NCBI GenBank assembly: GCA_021650915.1
Contig: CP091279.1
Location: 150,001 to 182,000, forward strand
Length of the DNA: 32,000 bases
Reading direction: 5' to 3'
Source: Candidatus Brocadia sp.
GTDB lineage: Bacteria; Planctomycetota; Brocadiia; Brocadiales; Brocadiaceae
A program made the translations under genes and the position numbers. Shown in pieces: positions 19,550-27,998 of the stretch. Within the stretch, counting starts at the first letter, position 1; every line of letters starts with the position of its first letter. Below the pieces are notes generated by a model. The model was not told the origin of the DNA, ran no database searches, and saw only the letters and a list, made by a program, of their open reading frames with translations.

Positions 19550-19700
19550 CTTCTATCGAATGTCCTTTGGCTAGTGGGTTAATGAACCGAATATTTGGAC
19601 TCTTTATACCCAGAATCCCTTCATTTTCGCCATATTTTACCCTTTTACCCGAAAAAATTCAATGACTTTCATGAACATTTTTCACCAGCTTCTCCTTACT

Positions 19701-20144
19701 TTACAGGGCTCTGGGGGGTTTCCGTTCAAACACTATATATTTCGCAACTTTGCACAGATTTTCATCAGCAGAGACAAAAAGCCAATCATCCTCGGAAATT
19801 AGACTGAAACAGCCCAGATGTAATGCGTCTAATGTTCTAAGTCCGTGATACTTTCCATAACCTTTTAATAGATATTCTGCTTCACGTATAATTATTTCTC
19901 CCAGTGGTTCAATATTGAAATAAGTAAACGCTTCCCCAAAACCTTCAATTGCCTCATTTAATATTGTTCCATCTATTTCATTGTTTCTAAACCTTCTATA
20001 TAAAGCACTGATAAATTCCAATCGAAATAGATCCAAAACCCAAATTTTATTCTCTTTTGAATTTATTAGTTTTGTAACTATCGTTGTTCCCTCTTCTTCA
20101 TGGAAATATTTTACAAGCGCCGATGTATCGAAGAATAGATTCAT
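19701..20144 (-). CDS. vapC: PIN domain (VapC-like) toxin
   Basis: MNLFFDTSALVKYFHEEEGTTIVTKLI...LRTLDALHLGCFSLISEDDWLFVSADENLCKVAK; acidic PIN residues present; 4-nt overlap with upstream small ORF. Confidence 0.85.
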   Translation of the reverse strand: MNLFFDTSALVKYFHEEEGTTIVTKLINSKENKIWVLDLFRLEFISALYRRFRNNEIDGTILNEAIEGFGEAFTYFNIEPLGEIIIREAEYLLKGYGKYHGLRTLDALHLGCFSLISEDDWLFVSADENLCKVAKYIVFERKPPRAL

Positions 20145-20359
20145 ATCCTATCTTCTCTTAGTAACAATATATCGTCACTCAATGAGCCTTTGCATTGCTT
20201 TAGAATATTTCTAACCTTTATGTAGACAGGCCCGCCTTTTGTTTTGGCCTTATGTTTTTTTTGTGGCGATTTAAGAGAAATTATCATTTCGTATATCTTC
20301 ATCATTTCAGAAGGGCCTAAAGATTCTAACTCTTTTATTGCTTGCTCTTTTATTTTCAT
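20141..20359 (-). CDS. Putative antitoxin partner of the PIN toxin
   Basis: 72-aa charged protein immediately upstream of, and overlapping, the PIN gene (MKIKEQAIKELESLGPSEMMKIYEMIISLKS). Confidence 0.6.
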   Translation of the reverse strand: MKIKEQAIKELESLGPSEMMKIYEMIISLKSPQKKHKAKTKGGPVYIKVRNILKQCKGSLSDDILLLREDRI

Positions 20360-21477
20360 ATCAATACCTCCTTAATACATTTTATTACCTTCACTATTTG
20401 TTCCTCTGTCAGGGTAAGCCCAGATGGCAAATAAAAGCCATATTTACTGATATTTTCTGAAACGGGAAGGCTTTCCTTCCTGAACCATGGAAATTCCTCG
20501 AACACGGGCTGCGTGTGCATGGGATAGAAGAAAGGGCGCGTCTGGATTCCTTTCTCTGCCAGCCTTTTCATGGCTTCCTGTGCATCAAGTCCCGGAGCGC
20601 TGTTTAAAACAACCCCATACATCCAATAGGTGTTTTTAGCCCATTCCTTTTCGACGGGTAGTTTTATTACCTTCTGTTCTTCAAGTGGTTTTAAAAGCCT
20701 GTTGTACGTTTTGCCAATCCATATCTTCTTTTTAACACTCTCCTCAATTCTCTCTGTTTGAGCGAGCCCTATTGCCGCCTGGATATTGGTCATCCTGAAA
20801 TTAAACCCAAGATTATAGTGTACAAATCTTCTTTCAGGAACAAAAGACAGATTTTTCAGTTGTCTCAATCTTTTATCAAGTTCTTCATTGTCGGTAAGGC
20901 ACATCCCGCCTTCGCCTGTTGTTATCACTTTGTTTGCATAAAAGCTCGCACAGCTTATATCTCCCAGGTTTCCACACCTTACGCCTTTATACTCAGAGCC
21001 TATGGCCTCCGCAAAATCTTCTATTACATAAAGATTATGTTTCTTTGCTATTGGCAATATTTTATCTGCATCTACCGGATGACCGTAAATGTGAACTATC
21101 ATAATAGCCCTTGTTTTGTCGGTTATCTTTTCTTCTATTTTCGAAATATCCATATTCCACGTATCAGCCTCAGAGTCGACAAATACGGGAATAAGATTGT
21201 TATAAACGCAGGCAAGGGCACACGATATTATGGTAAAAGAAGGAATTATTACCTCACTGCCTTCAGGCATATCTAATGCCCTTAAAGCGAGTATCAAGGC
21301 ATTGGTTCCATTGTCTACTGCAATTCCCTGTTTTCTGTTTACATAGCTTGCGAATCTCTGCTCAAATTCTTTGATAAACTTACCTTCGGACGAAATCCAT
21401 CCGGTTTTTAACGCCTCGTTTACATATTCCATTTCTTTTTCAAGAATTAGTGGCTCATTAACTGGTATCATTTGCAT
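20356..21477 (-). CDS. DegT/DnrJ/EryC1/StrS family aminotransferase
   Basis: TGWISSEGKFIKEFEQRFASYVNRKQGIAVDNGTNALILALRAL...DMPEGSEVIIPSFTIISCA...VIEDFAEAIGSEYKGVRCGNLGDISCASFYANKVITTGEGGMCLT...RMTNIQAAIGLAQ. Confidence 0.96.
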   Translation of the reverse strand: MQMIPVNEPLILEKEMEYVNEALKTGWISSEGKFIKEFEQRFASYVNRKQGIAVDNGTNALILALRALDMPEGSEVIIPSFTIISCALACVYNNLIPVFVDSEADTWNMDISKIEEKITDKTRAIMIVHIYGHPVDADKILPIAKKHNLYVIEDFAEAIGSEYKGVRCGNLGDISCASFYANKVITTGEGGMCLTDNEELDKRLRQLKNLSFVPERRFVHYNLGFNFRMTNIQAAIGLAQTERIEESVKKKIWIGKTYNRLLKPLEEQKVIKLPVEKEWAKNTYWMYGVVLNSAPGLDAQEAMKRLAEKGIQTRPFFYPMHTQPVFEEFPWFRKESLPVSENISKYGFYLPSGLTLTEEQIVKVIKCIKEVLI

Positions 21478-21935
21478 TCTTCTACCCCTTCGAATCTCTC
21501 TTTATCATCTAAACCCACGTAAGGACCCTGTTTTATCTCTATCATGATTGTATCTTCGAGGAGTTCAAAGCCATGACCCCCTCCGCATAAAAGGATAATA
21601 TCACCTTCATTAAGCATTTCTGAATCGACGTATGTTTTTTCATTTTTATAAAAATTGACTTTTACTTTACCTTTCTTTAACAGAATGACCTCATGGGTAT
21701 AAAGAATCTCCCGTTTGTTTATTTTATGTTTATGAGGTTTAATAATATTTCCCTTTTTGTGCGGTAAATAACCAAGTTGCTGGGAAAAACTGTCAGGGGT
21801 AAAAAAGCGAATAGTATTGCTTGTAAAACTGTTCCGTAGTACTACGGAATAAAGTTCACCCTCATGATACAGATATTCCAATCCTTCTTCTGTGATTTCC
21901 TTTATCATTAAGTATGTATCTCCTTTAGTATTCAA
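21468..21935 (-). CDS. Cupin-fold protein of a polysaccharide biosynthesis locus
   Basis: NIIKPHKHKINKREILYTHEVILLKKGKVKVNFYKNEKTYVDSEMLNEGDIILLCGGGHGFELLEDTIMIEIKQGPY; H-x-H...G(D) cupin pattern. Confidence 0.75.
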   Translation of the reverse strand: MNTKGDTYLMIKEITEEGLEYLYHEGELYSVVLRNSFTSNTIRFFTPDSFSQQLGYLPHKKGNIIKPHKHKINKREILYTHEVILLKKGKVKVNFYKNEKTYVDSEMLNEGDIILLCGGGHGFELLEDTIMIEIKQGPYVGLDDKERFEGVEECK

Positions 21936-24022
21936 CTACCCGGTAAAGAAAGACGAAATTCATCTTTATATAGACCGATATTTTCCATAGGAATGCGTTG
22001 AAAACCCAACTTATAAGCTGGAGAGTCATCCTTTAACTGAAAGTTCAACTTAGTTGGATTTACAAAGCAAGGATCTTCATTCACAAAGTTATTCTGGATT
22101 TTAACGATTTCTTCGTTTACACCATCACGTAGATCAAGCCATTTTCCACCGGAAGCAATATTGCATATTACTTTGTTACCCTCCGGAATAGCAGGATTCC
22201 CGTCATAGAGTGTGATGATTTCAGGATATTTATTAGCATAAGGGGGAAATTTGTATTTTATCATCATTAACCTGCCTGTTAAAGTAGTATCAGTTCCGTC
22301 GAAGTATTTTTTTGCCCATGGCTTCCTAATACCACGGGCATCCACATGAATTGCTGCAATTGAACAACTGACAAAAATATTGTTCTGAACGATATTATCA
22401 CGACCACCTCCAATAACCACACCCCTTTTTCCTTTATAGATTACATTGCCAAAAACTGTTGTACCACTGGCAAAGTCATCAAGATAAATTGCCTGCACAT
22501 CACCTGATCCAAGGTCATGGAAATAGTTATAACGTATGATGTTGCCCCGCTCCGAGTAATCACGCCCCATATAAAAGGCGCCTGCATCGTTGGTTTCCAT
22601 ACATACATGATGAATTTCGTTATATTCAATGATATGCTCATTCCCATTGAGTATGATCGCGCTGTGGGGTGAGTCATGAATAAGGTTATTCGAAATTCTA
22701 TTACCTACACCACTTATTTTGATTGCTGGACGGTAAGTACTGACCCAGCGATTGTAATTATGGATATGATTATTCGTTGCATAGTTGTTAGCTGATGTTA
22801 GTGTTAATCGGTCTCCTCCATTAAGGACAATGCCGCCATCGCCGCATGCATAAATATCGCATCCAGTTACTCCGTTTTCTGTTCCACCGGTAATTTTGAC
22901 TGCCACATTGCCAATATTTCTTAGTGTGCATCCTGCTATACGATTATTGCTGCCGCCCGTTATTTCAACGGCGTTACCCCGACAAATAGCGATTTCTAGA
23001 CCTTGCAGCGTAATATATGAAACGTCTTTCATTTGAATTAATGTATCTGTTAATGAGACATAGGTTTTCCCTTCGCTCAATGGCCCGGGCGGCCAGAAGT
23101 ACAGGATACCGGTTTTACGGTCCAAGTACCATTCCCCAGGTTCGTCAAGTTCTTCTAAAATATTTAATGCGTAATATCTCTTCCCCACAGAGTATCCATA
23201 GACCCCGTGCGGTTCACAGGTAGAAACCTCTTTCTTTACAGTATCTATAGTTTTGACTGTCTCGTAGGAATCTGCCCAGTCCCACGTCCAGTATCCATGC
23301 AACCAGATATCTTTGGTATCCCGCCAATGTTCAGGGCGGTCGCCGTCATACGTGAATTTCCCGCCTTTCTGTCCCGCCGGTACACCAGCGATTTTTACCC
23401 AATCATTATTTGGCCAGCGTGCTAACTGCATGGGTTTGTCCTGAAAGAAGAGTTCTATTCCCGCTGGATACACGGGTCTGCCCATACCACGGGGTTTCAT
23501 CTCCCCAAAGTCTTTGATGCCTTGCGCCTTTAGATTGACCTGCACTATTTTATCCCGGTATGGTGATTCAATTCGCTTAAGAATCGCCGGGTCGTCAATG
23601 GGTTTAAAGCCGGTGATTTCCTTACCCCCGATTAGTTTCACCTTTTCATTGTTATACGCACGGTATACAATTGACGTCTTTTCTGAGCCGCTATCCCACT
23701 TTGTAAGCTCAAAGGGCTTTGTGAGATGATACGTTCCGCTGCGTATATTTACCGTTACAACGCCGGTTGGTAATTGTTTTTTCTGCTTCAGGGCATAAAT
23801 AACATCACGGGCTTTTTCAATGGTTGCAAAGGGTCCGTCTGTATTATTGGCATTTGCTTCAGGTAATTTGCCGGAATATTTATCACTGCCGTCTTTTGAG
23901 ACATAGAATGCAATGCCTTTTGGGTTATCCTGACCGGTTAGCGGTGTAACGGAATTTAAAATAACAAAAACGCATAGTGATGCTAACCAGTAAAATCCAG
24001 ACTTCAAATTTATTCTCTCCAT
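21932..24022 (-). CDS. Secreted right-handed parallel beta-helix repeat protein (pectate lyase-like fold)
   Basis: Signal-like N-terminus; AFYVSKDGSDKYSGKLPEANANNTDGPFATIEKARDVI; repeated N/G-rich turns (GGSNNRIAGCTLRNIGNVAVKITGG, YNEIHHVCMETNDAGAFYMGRD, GGGRDNIVQNNIFVSCSIAAIHVDARG). Confidence 0.88.
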   Translation of the reverse strand: MERINLKSGFYWLASLCVFVILNSVTPLTGQDNPKGIAFYVSKDGSDKYSGKLPEANANNTDGPFATIEKARDVIYALKQKKQLPTGVVTVNIRSGTYHLTKPFELTKWDSGSEKTSIVYRAYNNEKVKLIGGKEITGFKPIDDPAILKRIESPYRDKIVQVNLKAQGIKDFGEMKPRGMGRPVYPAGIELFFQDKPMQLARWPNNDWVKIAGVPAGQKGGKFTYDGDRPEHWRDTKDIWLHGYWTWDWADSYETVKTIDTVKKEVSTCEPHGVYGYSVGKRYYALNILEELDEPGEWYLDRKTGILYFWPPGPLSEGKTYVSLTDTLIQMKDVSYITLQGLEIAICRGNAVEITGGSNNRIAGCTLRNIGNVAVKITGGTENGVTGCDIYACGDGGIVLNGGDRLTLTSANNYATNNHIHNYNRWVSTYRPAIKISGVGNRISNNLIHDSPHSAIILNGNEHIIEYNEIHHVCMETNDAGAFYMGRDYSERGNIIRYNYFHDLGSGDVQAIYLDDFASGTTVFGNVIYKGKRGVVIGGGRDNIVQNNIFVSCSIAAIHVDARGIRKPWAKKYFDGTDTTLTGRLMMIKYKFPPYANKYPEIITLYDGNPAIPEGNKVICNIASGGKWLDLRDGVNEEIVKIQNNFVNEDPCFVNPTKLNFQLKDDSPAYKLGFQRIPMENIGLYKDEFRLSLPGS

Positions 24023-24025
24023 TTA

Positions 24026-24270
24026 GCTTCCCGATTACCACAAGATTACTCACGATTATGGATTTTAATCCAAGAAACCGAGAGGTCATCGTGAGGCGAG
24101 ACTTTAGCTTCTCGATTACCTCTAGATTACTCTCGATTCAGGTTACTTAGCCTCTCGATTACCTCTAGATTACTCTCGATTCAGGTTACTTAGCCTCTCG
24201 ATTACCTCTTGATTACTCACGATTAGAAATTTAAGCTTTTAATCCTGGAAATCGTGAAGTAATCGTGTGG
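24026..24270. repeat. Left repeat block, including three 43-bp-phased units at 24106-24224
   Basis: ag(c/t)(c/t)tctcgattacctctagattactctcgattcaggttactt units start at 24106, 24149 and 24192 (third partial). Confidence 0.85.
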
Positions 24271-24645
24271 CTATAATATCTCCGGATTTTTTACGTATTT
24301 CCTCTTTACCTCAACGCTCTTACCAAAGTTGATCAATAAACCCACTTCTATGCCTGTTGCTTTTAAATAGTTTTTGAGCTGTATTTCATGAATATCGCCG
24401 ATCTTTTCCAGCGCCTTTAATTCTAATACCACTTTATTCTCGACAATAATATCTGCGAAATATTCGCCAACATTTCTATCTTTATATAAAACTGTTGCTG
24501 GTCTTTGTGATTCAGCCTTTAATCCTTTTTCTCGTAATTCCACGAGCAGCGCATTTTCATATACCTTTTCCAGAAACCCGCTTCCCAGGGTATTGTGCAC
24601 TTCAAAGGCACTGCTTATAATCTGCGACGTCAGGTCGTCATGCAT
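24271..24645 (-). CDS. GxxExxY family protein (PD-(D/E)XK-like)
   Basis: LTSQIISSAFEVHNTLGSGFLEKVYENALLVELREKGLKAESQRPATVLYKDRNVGEYFADIIVENKVVLELKALEKIGDIHEIQLKNYLKATGIEVGLLINFG; hallmark G-x-x-E-x-x-Y. Confidence 0.95.
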   Translation of the reverse strand: MHDDLTSQIISSAFEVHNTLGSGFLEKVYENALLVELREKGLKAESQRPATVLYKDRNVGEYFADIIVENKVVLELKALEKIGDIHEIQLKNYLKATGIEVGLLINFGKSVEVKRKYVKNPEIL

Positions 24646-24660
24646 TTAAGTTTTTTTAAC

Positions 24661-24790
24661 CTCCCGATTACCCACGATTCAAGTTACTTAGCTTCCCGAT
24701 TACCTCTAGATTTCTCACGATTAAAACTTTAGGCTTTTAATCCAGGAAATCGTGAGGTCATCGTGAGGCTAGACTTCAGCCTCTCGATTA
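24661..24790. repeat. Right repeat block related to 24026-24270
   Basis: cttcccgattacctctagatttctcacgatt and gcttttaatccaggaaatcgtgaggtcatcgtgaggctagacttcagcctctcgatta closely match text on the left side of the GxxExxY gene. Confidence 0.8.
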
Positions 24791-24816
24791 GAATTTATGC
24801 TCTTAAACAAAGAAAT

Positions 24817-26637
24817 TTAGTTTGTTCCAAAAACAAAAGTTGCTGTTTCTATGGGAATATTTTGACTAAAATCTGCCACAAATCCTCTTGCCAATTTTAA
24901 AGCATTATCAATACTGCTTTCTTTGCAAGGTATATCAAGCCGAATCATGAGACTCACCCTATCACTGTTGTCAAGCAAAGAAAACCATATTTCTTTTACC
25001 TTCTCTTCCATCCAATCAACAACATTGTTATCAACACACACCCAATAGATTACTAAAAACCCATCATTTCCCTTCTCGGTATAGAAGCTGCGCGCTTTAA
25101 GAATACGGCTTCCTGCCTGGGCAGGTAAAGCAACGTGGAACTCGGTGTCTGCTGAGTCTTTTATCTTAAATCCAGCGCCGTTAGCGCATATCCTGGGGTT
25201 GTGGAAATTACCGGCATCCACCATGGTAAAAAAGATATTTTCTCCGTTTGTATTAGTATATTCACGCGTAATGCTCTGTTCAATAAACTGGTTCATTTTT
25301 TCCTCTAACTCTAAATCCCAATCCTGCCGCGCATCAACTCCATGCCAGCCCTTAATCTTATAAGGTATTTCTAATTGGGAAAGGATGTCCTGACTGACGT
25401 ATTTTGTTTTTTTTGTGTTTGCACCAGGAGATGCAAAGCAAAAGATAATGGTGAATAACAATAATGCGGTAGTTATATATACCTTCTTGTTTCTATATCC
25501 CTTATTTAGTACTAGTTCATCCCCCTCATCTACACCCCCCCGCCAGGAGTGCGTGATTTTTCCACCCCCTGCGCCCCCGCCAGCGGGGGACAGTTCCTCC
25601 CTCTGTCCCCCTCCATGAGGGGGGATGTGGGAAGTATTTGGCTTGTGTTTCCCCAAAAAATATTCCAAACACATCAATCCCAGTGTGATAATTACAATCA
25701 TAACAATCCCGCTAAAATTATGAAAGAATCCCTGCCCGGCAGCTTCGCCAAAGTAATACGTAATAAGACACAGGATAATTATCCGAAAGAGATTGCCCAG
25801 AAGGGCAAAAGGGATTATTGAGGAGGCCAGGATAACTTTTTTAGAAAAGTCGGCCTTGCTTATGAATACATAAACCAAACCTGCAGAAACCATGGTGATG
25901 AGAGAACGAAAGCCACTGCAGGGCTGTCCTATAAATAGCTCATTATTACCGATAGACAGTAAAAGCCCTTCTCTTGTGATGGGATACTGGAAAGTTTTTA
26001 AGAGTGCCTCTGTTGCGATAGAAATGCCATGACGCATTGGGAGGGTAATACTATCTATAATACCAATAGGAAGAGGTACAAGGAGTATGAGGTAGAGAAT
26101 GGGGAAAGATAAGGCCTTTGTTATTTCCAATCCATAAATACACAACATTAGTCCGTACAAAACCGGGATTAAAGAAAGGGTGGTAAAAAAAATATAATCC
26201 TGACGCCGGCCAAAGACAAATATCGATATTCCAAAGAAAAGAATGAAAATGCCCATGAAATTGCTTGTGAGGTGTAACAATTCACTCCCTTCCACCAAGG
26301 GCAGGGAATTTTTCCACCCCCTGCACCCCCGCCAGCGGGGGACATTTCCTCTCCCTTGCTCCCCCTCAGTGAGAGGGACAAGAGGAATGGGGTTAAGCGT
26401 TTGGAGGTGTTCTCTTAACAGGGTACGTTTGCGCCATACGAGCCAAAGGAACACCGGCATGATAAAATAGGCATGGGTATAATCGGAGCTTGCCCATCGT
26501 CCCTGATAAAGGGCAAAGAAGACGGGGGCGTAGAGCGTCGCTACGAGTATCCAGGGCAAATAATGTTTTATATTACCAATGGATGGAATTACATTTTTCA
26601 TGTTATTTTCACTTTGAAGGATAATTTTATTTACCAT
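24817..26637 (-). CDS. Exosortase/archaeosortase family protein fused to EpsI-like C-terminal domain, with two internal in-frame repeat-derived inserts
   Basis: SSDYTHAYFIMPVFLWLVWRKR; catalytic-type Cys in GQPCSGFRS, Arg in LLGNLFRI, His in FHNFSGI; EpsI-like region LEIPYKIKGWHGVDARQDWDLELEEKMNQFIEQSITREY...VDAGNFHNPRICANGAGF. Confidence 0.93.
   Translation of the reverse strand: MVNKIILQSENNMKNVIPSIGNIKHYLPWILVATLYAPVFFALYQGRWASSDYTHAYFIMPVFLWLVWRKRTLLREHLQTLNPIPLVPLTEGEQGRGNVPRWRGCRGWKNSLPLVEGSELLHLTSNFMGIFILFFGISIFVFGRRQDYIFFTTLSLIPVLYGLMLCIYGLEITKALSFPILYLILLVPLPIGIIDSITLPMRHGISIATEALLKTFQYPITREGLLLSIGNNELFIGQPCSGFRSLITMVSAGLVYVFISKADFSKKVILASSIIPFALLGNLFRIIILCLITYYFGEAAGQGFFHNFSGIVMIVIITLGLMCLEYFLGKHKPNTSHIPPHGGGQREELSPAGGGAGGGKITHSWRGGVDEGDELVLNKGYRNKKVYITTALLLFTIIFCFASPGANTKKTKYVSQDILSQLEIPYKIKGWHGVDARQDWDLELEEKMNQFIEQSITREYTNTNGENIFFTMVDAGNFHNPRICANGAGFKIKDSADTEFHVALPAQAGSRILKARSFYTEKGNDGFLVIYWVCVDNNVVDWMEEKVKEIWFSLLDNSDRVSLMIRLDIPCKESSIDNALKLARGFVADFSQNIPIETATFVFGTN
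25556..25598. repeat. GC-rich palindromic element copy 2 (inside exosortase ORF)
   Basis: atttttccaccccctgcgcccccgccagcgggggacagttcct. Confidence 0.9.
26308..26350. repeat. GC-rich palindromic element copy 1 (inside exosortase ORF)
   Basis: atttttccaccccctgcacccccgccagcgggggacatttcct; 41/43 identical to 25556-25598. Confidence 0.9.
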
Positions 26638-26678
26638 GAAGAAACCACACCTGTTGTGAATAATGTTTGAAATAGTTC

Positions 26679-26911
26679 ACCGCAAAGGCCCAAAGAACGC
26701 AAAGTTTTAAAGACCTCTAATAATTCTCTTTACTCCATTTTGGAAGTGGGACATTGAAATTACACAACATTCTCAATTTGTAAACTGATTCCAACAATCC
26801 AGACCCAAGGATTATATAGGACCTGATTGCTACGCCATTAATTGTTTTTGAAAATGCATCACCTTTTTTATCATTTCATAGTATCCTTTGCGCCCTTTGC
26901 GCCTTTGCGGT
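26679..26911. repeat. Putative 233-bp TIR-like bracketed segment, copy 2
   Basis: Left end accgcaaaggcccaaagaacgcaaag; right end ctttgcgccctttgcgcctttgcggt. Confidence 0.45.
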
Positions 26912-27202
26912 AAAGGGGAACCGTTATTGATTAAAGTCGCACAATATGTTTCTTGTTCATACCTTTCAGGGCGTTGCGGGTATCGACGTTCATTTTCTCA
27001 TTATTTCACCCCTTAAGGGGTTTTATCTTGTGGTGTGCTTTTTTCTATAATCATGTCATCCCTTCGGGATTTTCCGATACGCTCATTTCTCCTATTTGTT
27101 CTTAACTATTCTGAAAAAATATTTTCTGTCAGTCTTCACTGAATAGTTACCGGCTAACAGGCATACAAGCTGGCAAACTAACAAGCGCGCAGGCCTGGCG
27201 AT

Positions 27203-27631
27203 TCAAATATCCCCGATCCATTTTATCCACTTCAGGTCTTTTCCTGCCACATTGAACAGGCCCCTGTCTGCCGTGATCAGAAGAATTCCCTCATCGTCAG
27301 CAGTTGCTATATAGCTTGCATCATAGGCAGTACAATGGTACGTCTTACCGTAATAAAATAGTTTTGGGTAAAGGTGTGCAAGATTCTTCTGCTTAATGCC
27401 TAAGTTTATAAATCCCTCAATCGCAGAATAAATCTTCTCCTCGTCGATCCTTCCCTTTTTCTGCGCCACCATTAAACCGTTAATTACCTCATATTCCAGC
27501 AGCGAAGGCGCTATCATATCAAATTCGCCCGATATGTAACCGGTTAATAAATGCACCGCCTTTTGGCCATGATCTTCATCGTCTAAATACCACTTGAGGA
27601 CTACGCTTGCATCGACAACTATTCGTTTCAT
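27203..27631 (-). CDS. vapC: PIN domain (VapC-like) toxin
   Basis: MKRIVVDASVVLKWYLDDEDHGQKAVHLL...APSLLEYEVINGL...YHCTAYDASYIATADDEGILLITADRGLFNVA. Confidence 0.92.
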   Translation of the reverse strand: MKRIVVDASVVLKWYLDDEDHGQKAVHLLTGYISGEFDMIAPSLLEYEVINGLMVAQKKGRIDEEKIYSAIEGFINLGIKQKNLAHLYPKLFYYGKTYHCTAYDASYIATADDEGILLITADRGLFNVAGKDLKWIKWIGDI

Positions 27632-27894
27632 AGTTTCTTCTCAAGCTGTTTCCGGGATTCTTTAAAAATCTCTTCTGATTTCAGCCCTGCTTTGAGAAAG
27701 CTATCCCTCGCCTTTATGATCTTTCGGTATCCCTCCATCCGTTTTGACTGCTGGTATTCCTCATAAGGGACGATGACCGCTATGGGTTTCCCGCGTTTCG
27801 TTACAATTATCTCCTCTTTCTTTTTCCCGGCGCTTTCTATCAGGCGACTGAAGCCCTTTTTCCCTTCTGCCACACTTACCATTAATGCCTTCAT
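27628..27894 (-). CDS. Phd/YefM family antitoxin
   Basis: MKALMVSVAEGKKGFSRLIESAGKKKEEIIVTKRGKPIAVIVPYEEYQQ; 4-nt overlap with PIN gene. Confidence 0.9.
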   Translation of the reverse strand: MKALMVSVAEGKKGFSRLIESAGKKKEEIIVTKRGKPIAVIVPYEEYQQSKRMEGYRKIIKARDSFLKAGLKSEEIFKESRKQLEKKL

Positions 27895-27998
27895 ATATCC
27901 TCCTTATTGGTTATTAGTGATAACTTATTATATGGTCATATACAATGGGCTGTCAAGGGGGGCTTTTCTATAATTCGTCAAATAGTAGATTTCAAAAA

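Noticed and set aside
24106-24224. Possible CRISPR array
   Set aside because: Three tandem 43-bp units have no variable spacers; the whole period is repeated, and no cas genes are nearby.
25415-25821. Plus-strand Pro-rich ORFs (e.g. PHPLRPRQRG, PPTPPRQE...)
   Set aside because: They are the reverse complement of the palindromic element and exosortase coding sequence, not independent genes.
26169-26381. 70-aa minus-strand ORF containing GEEMSPAGGGAGGGK
   Set aside because: Alternate frame of the exosortase gene through element copy 1. Useful as proof that the element is read in different frames, but not supported as a gene.
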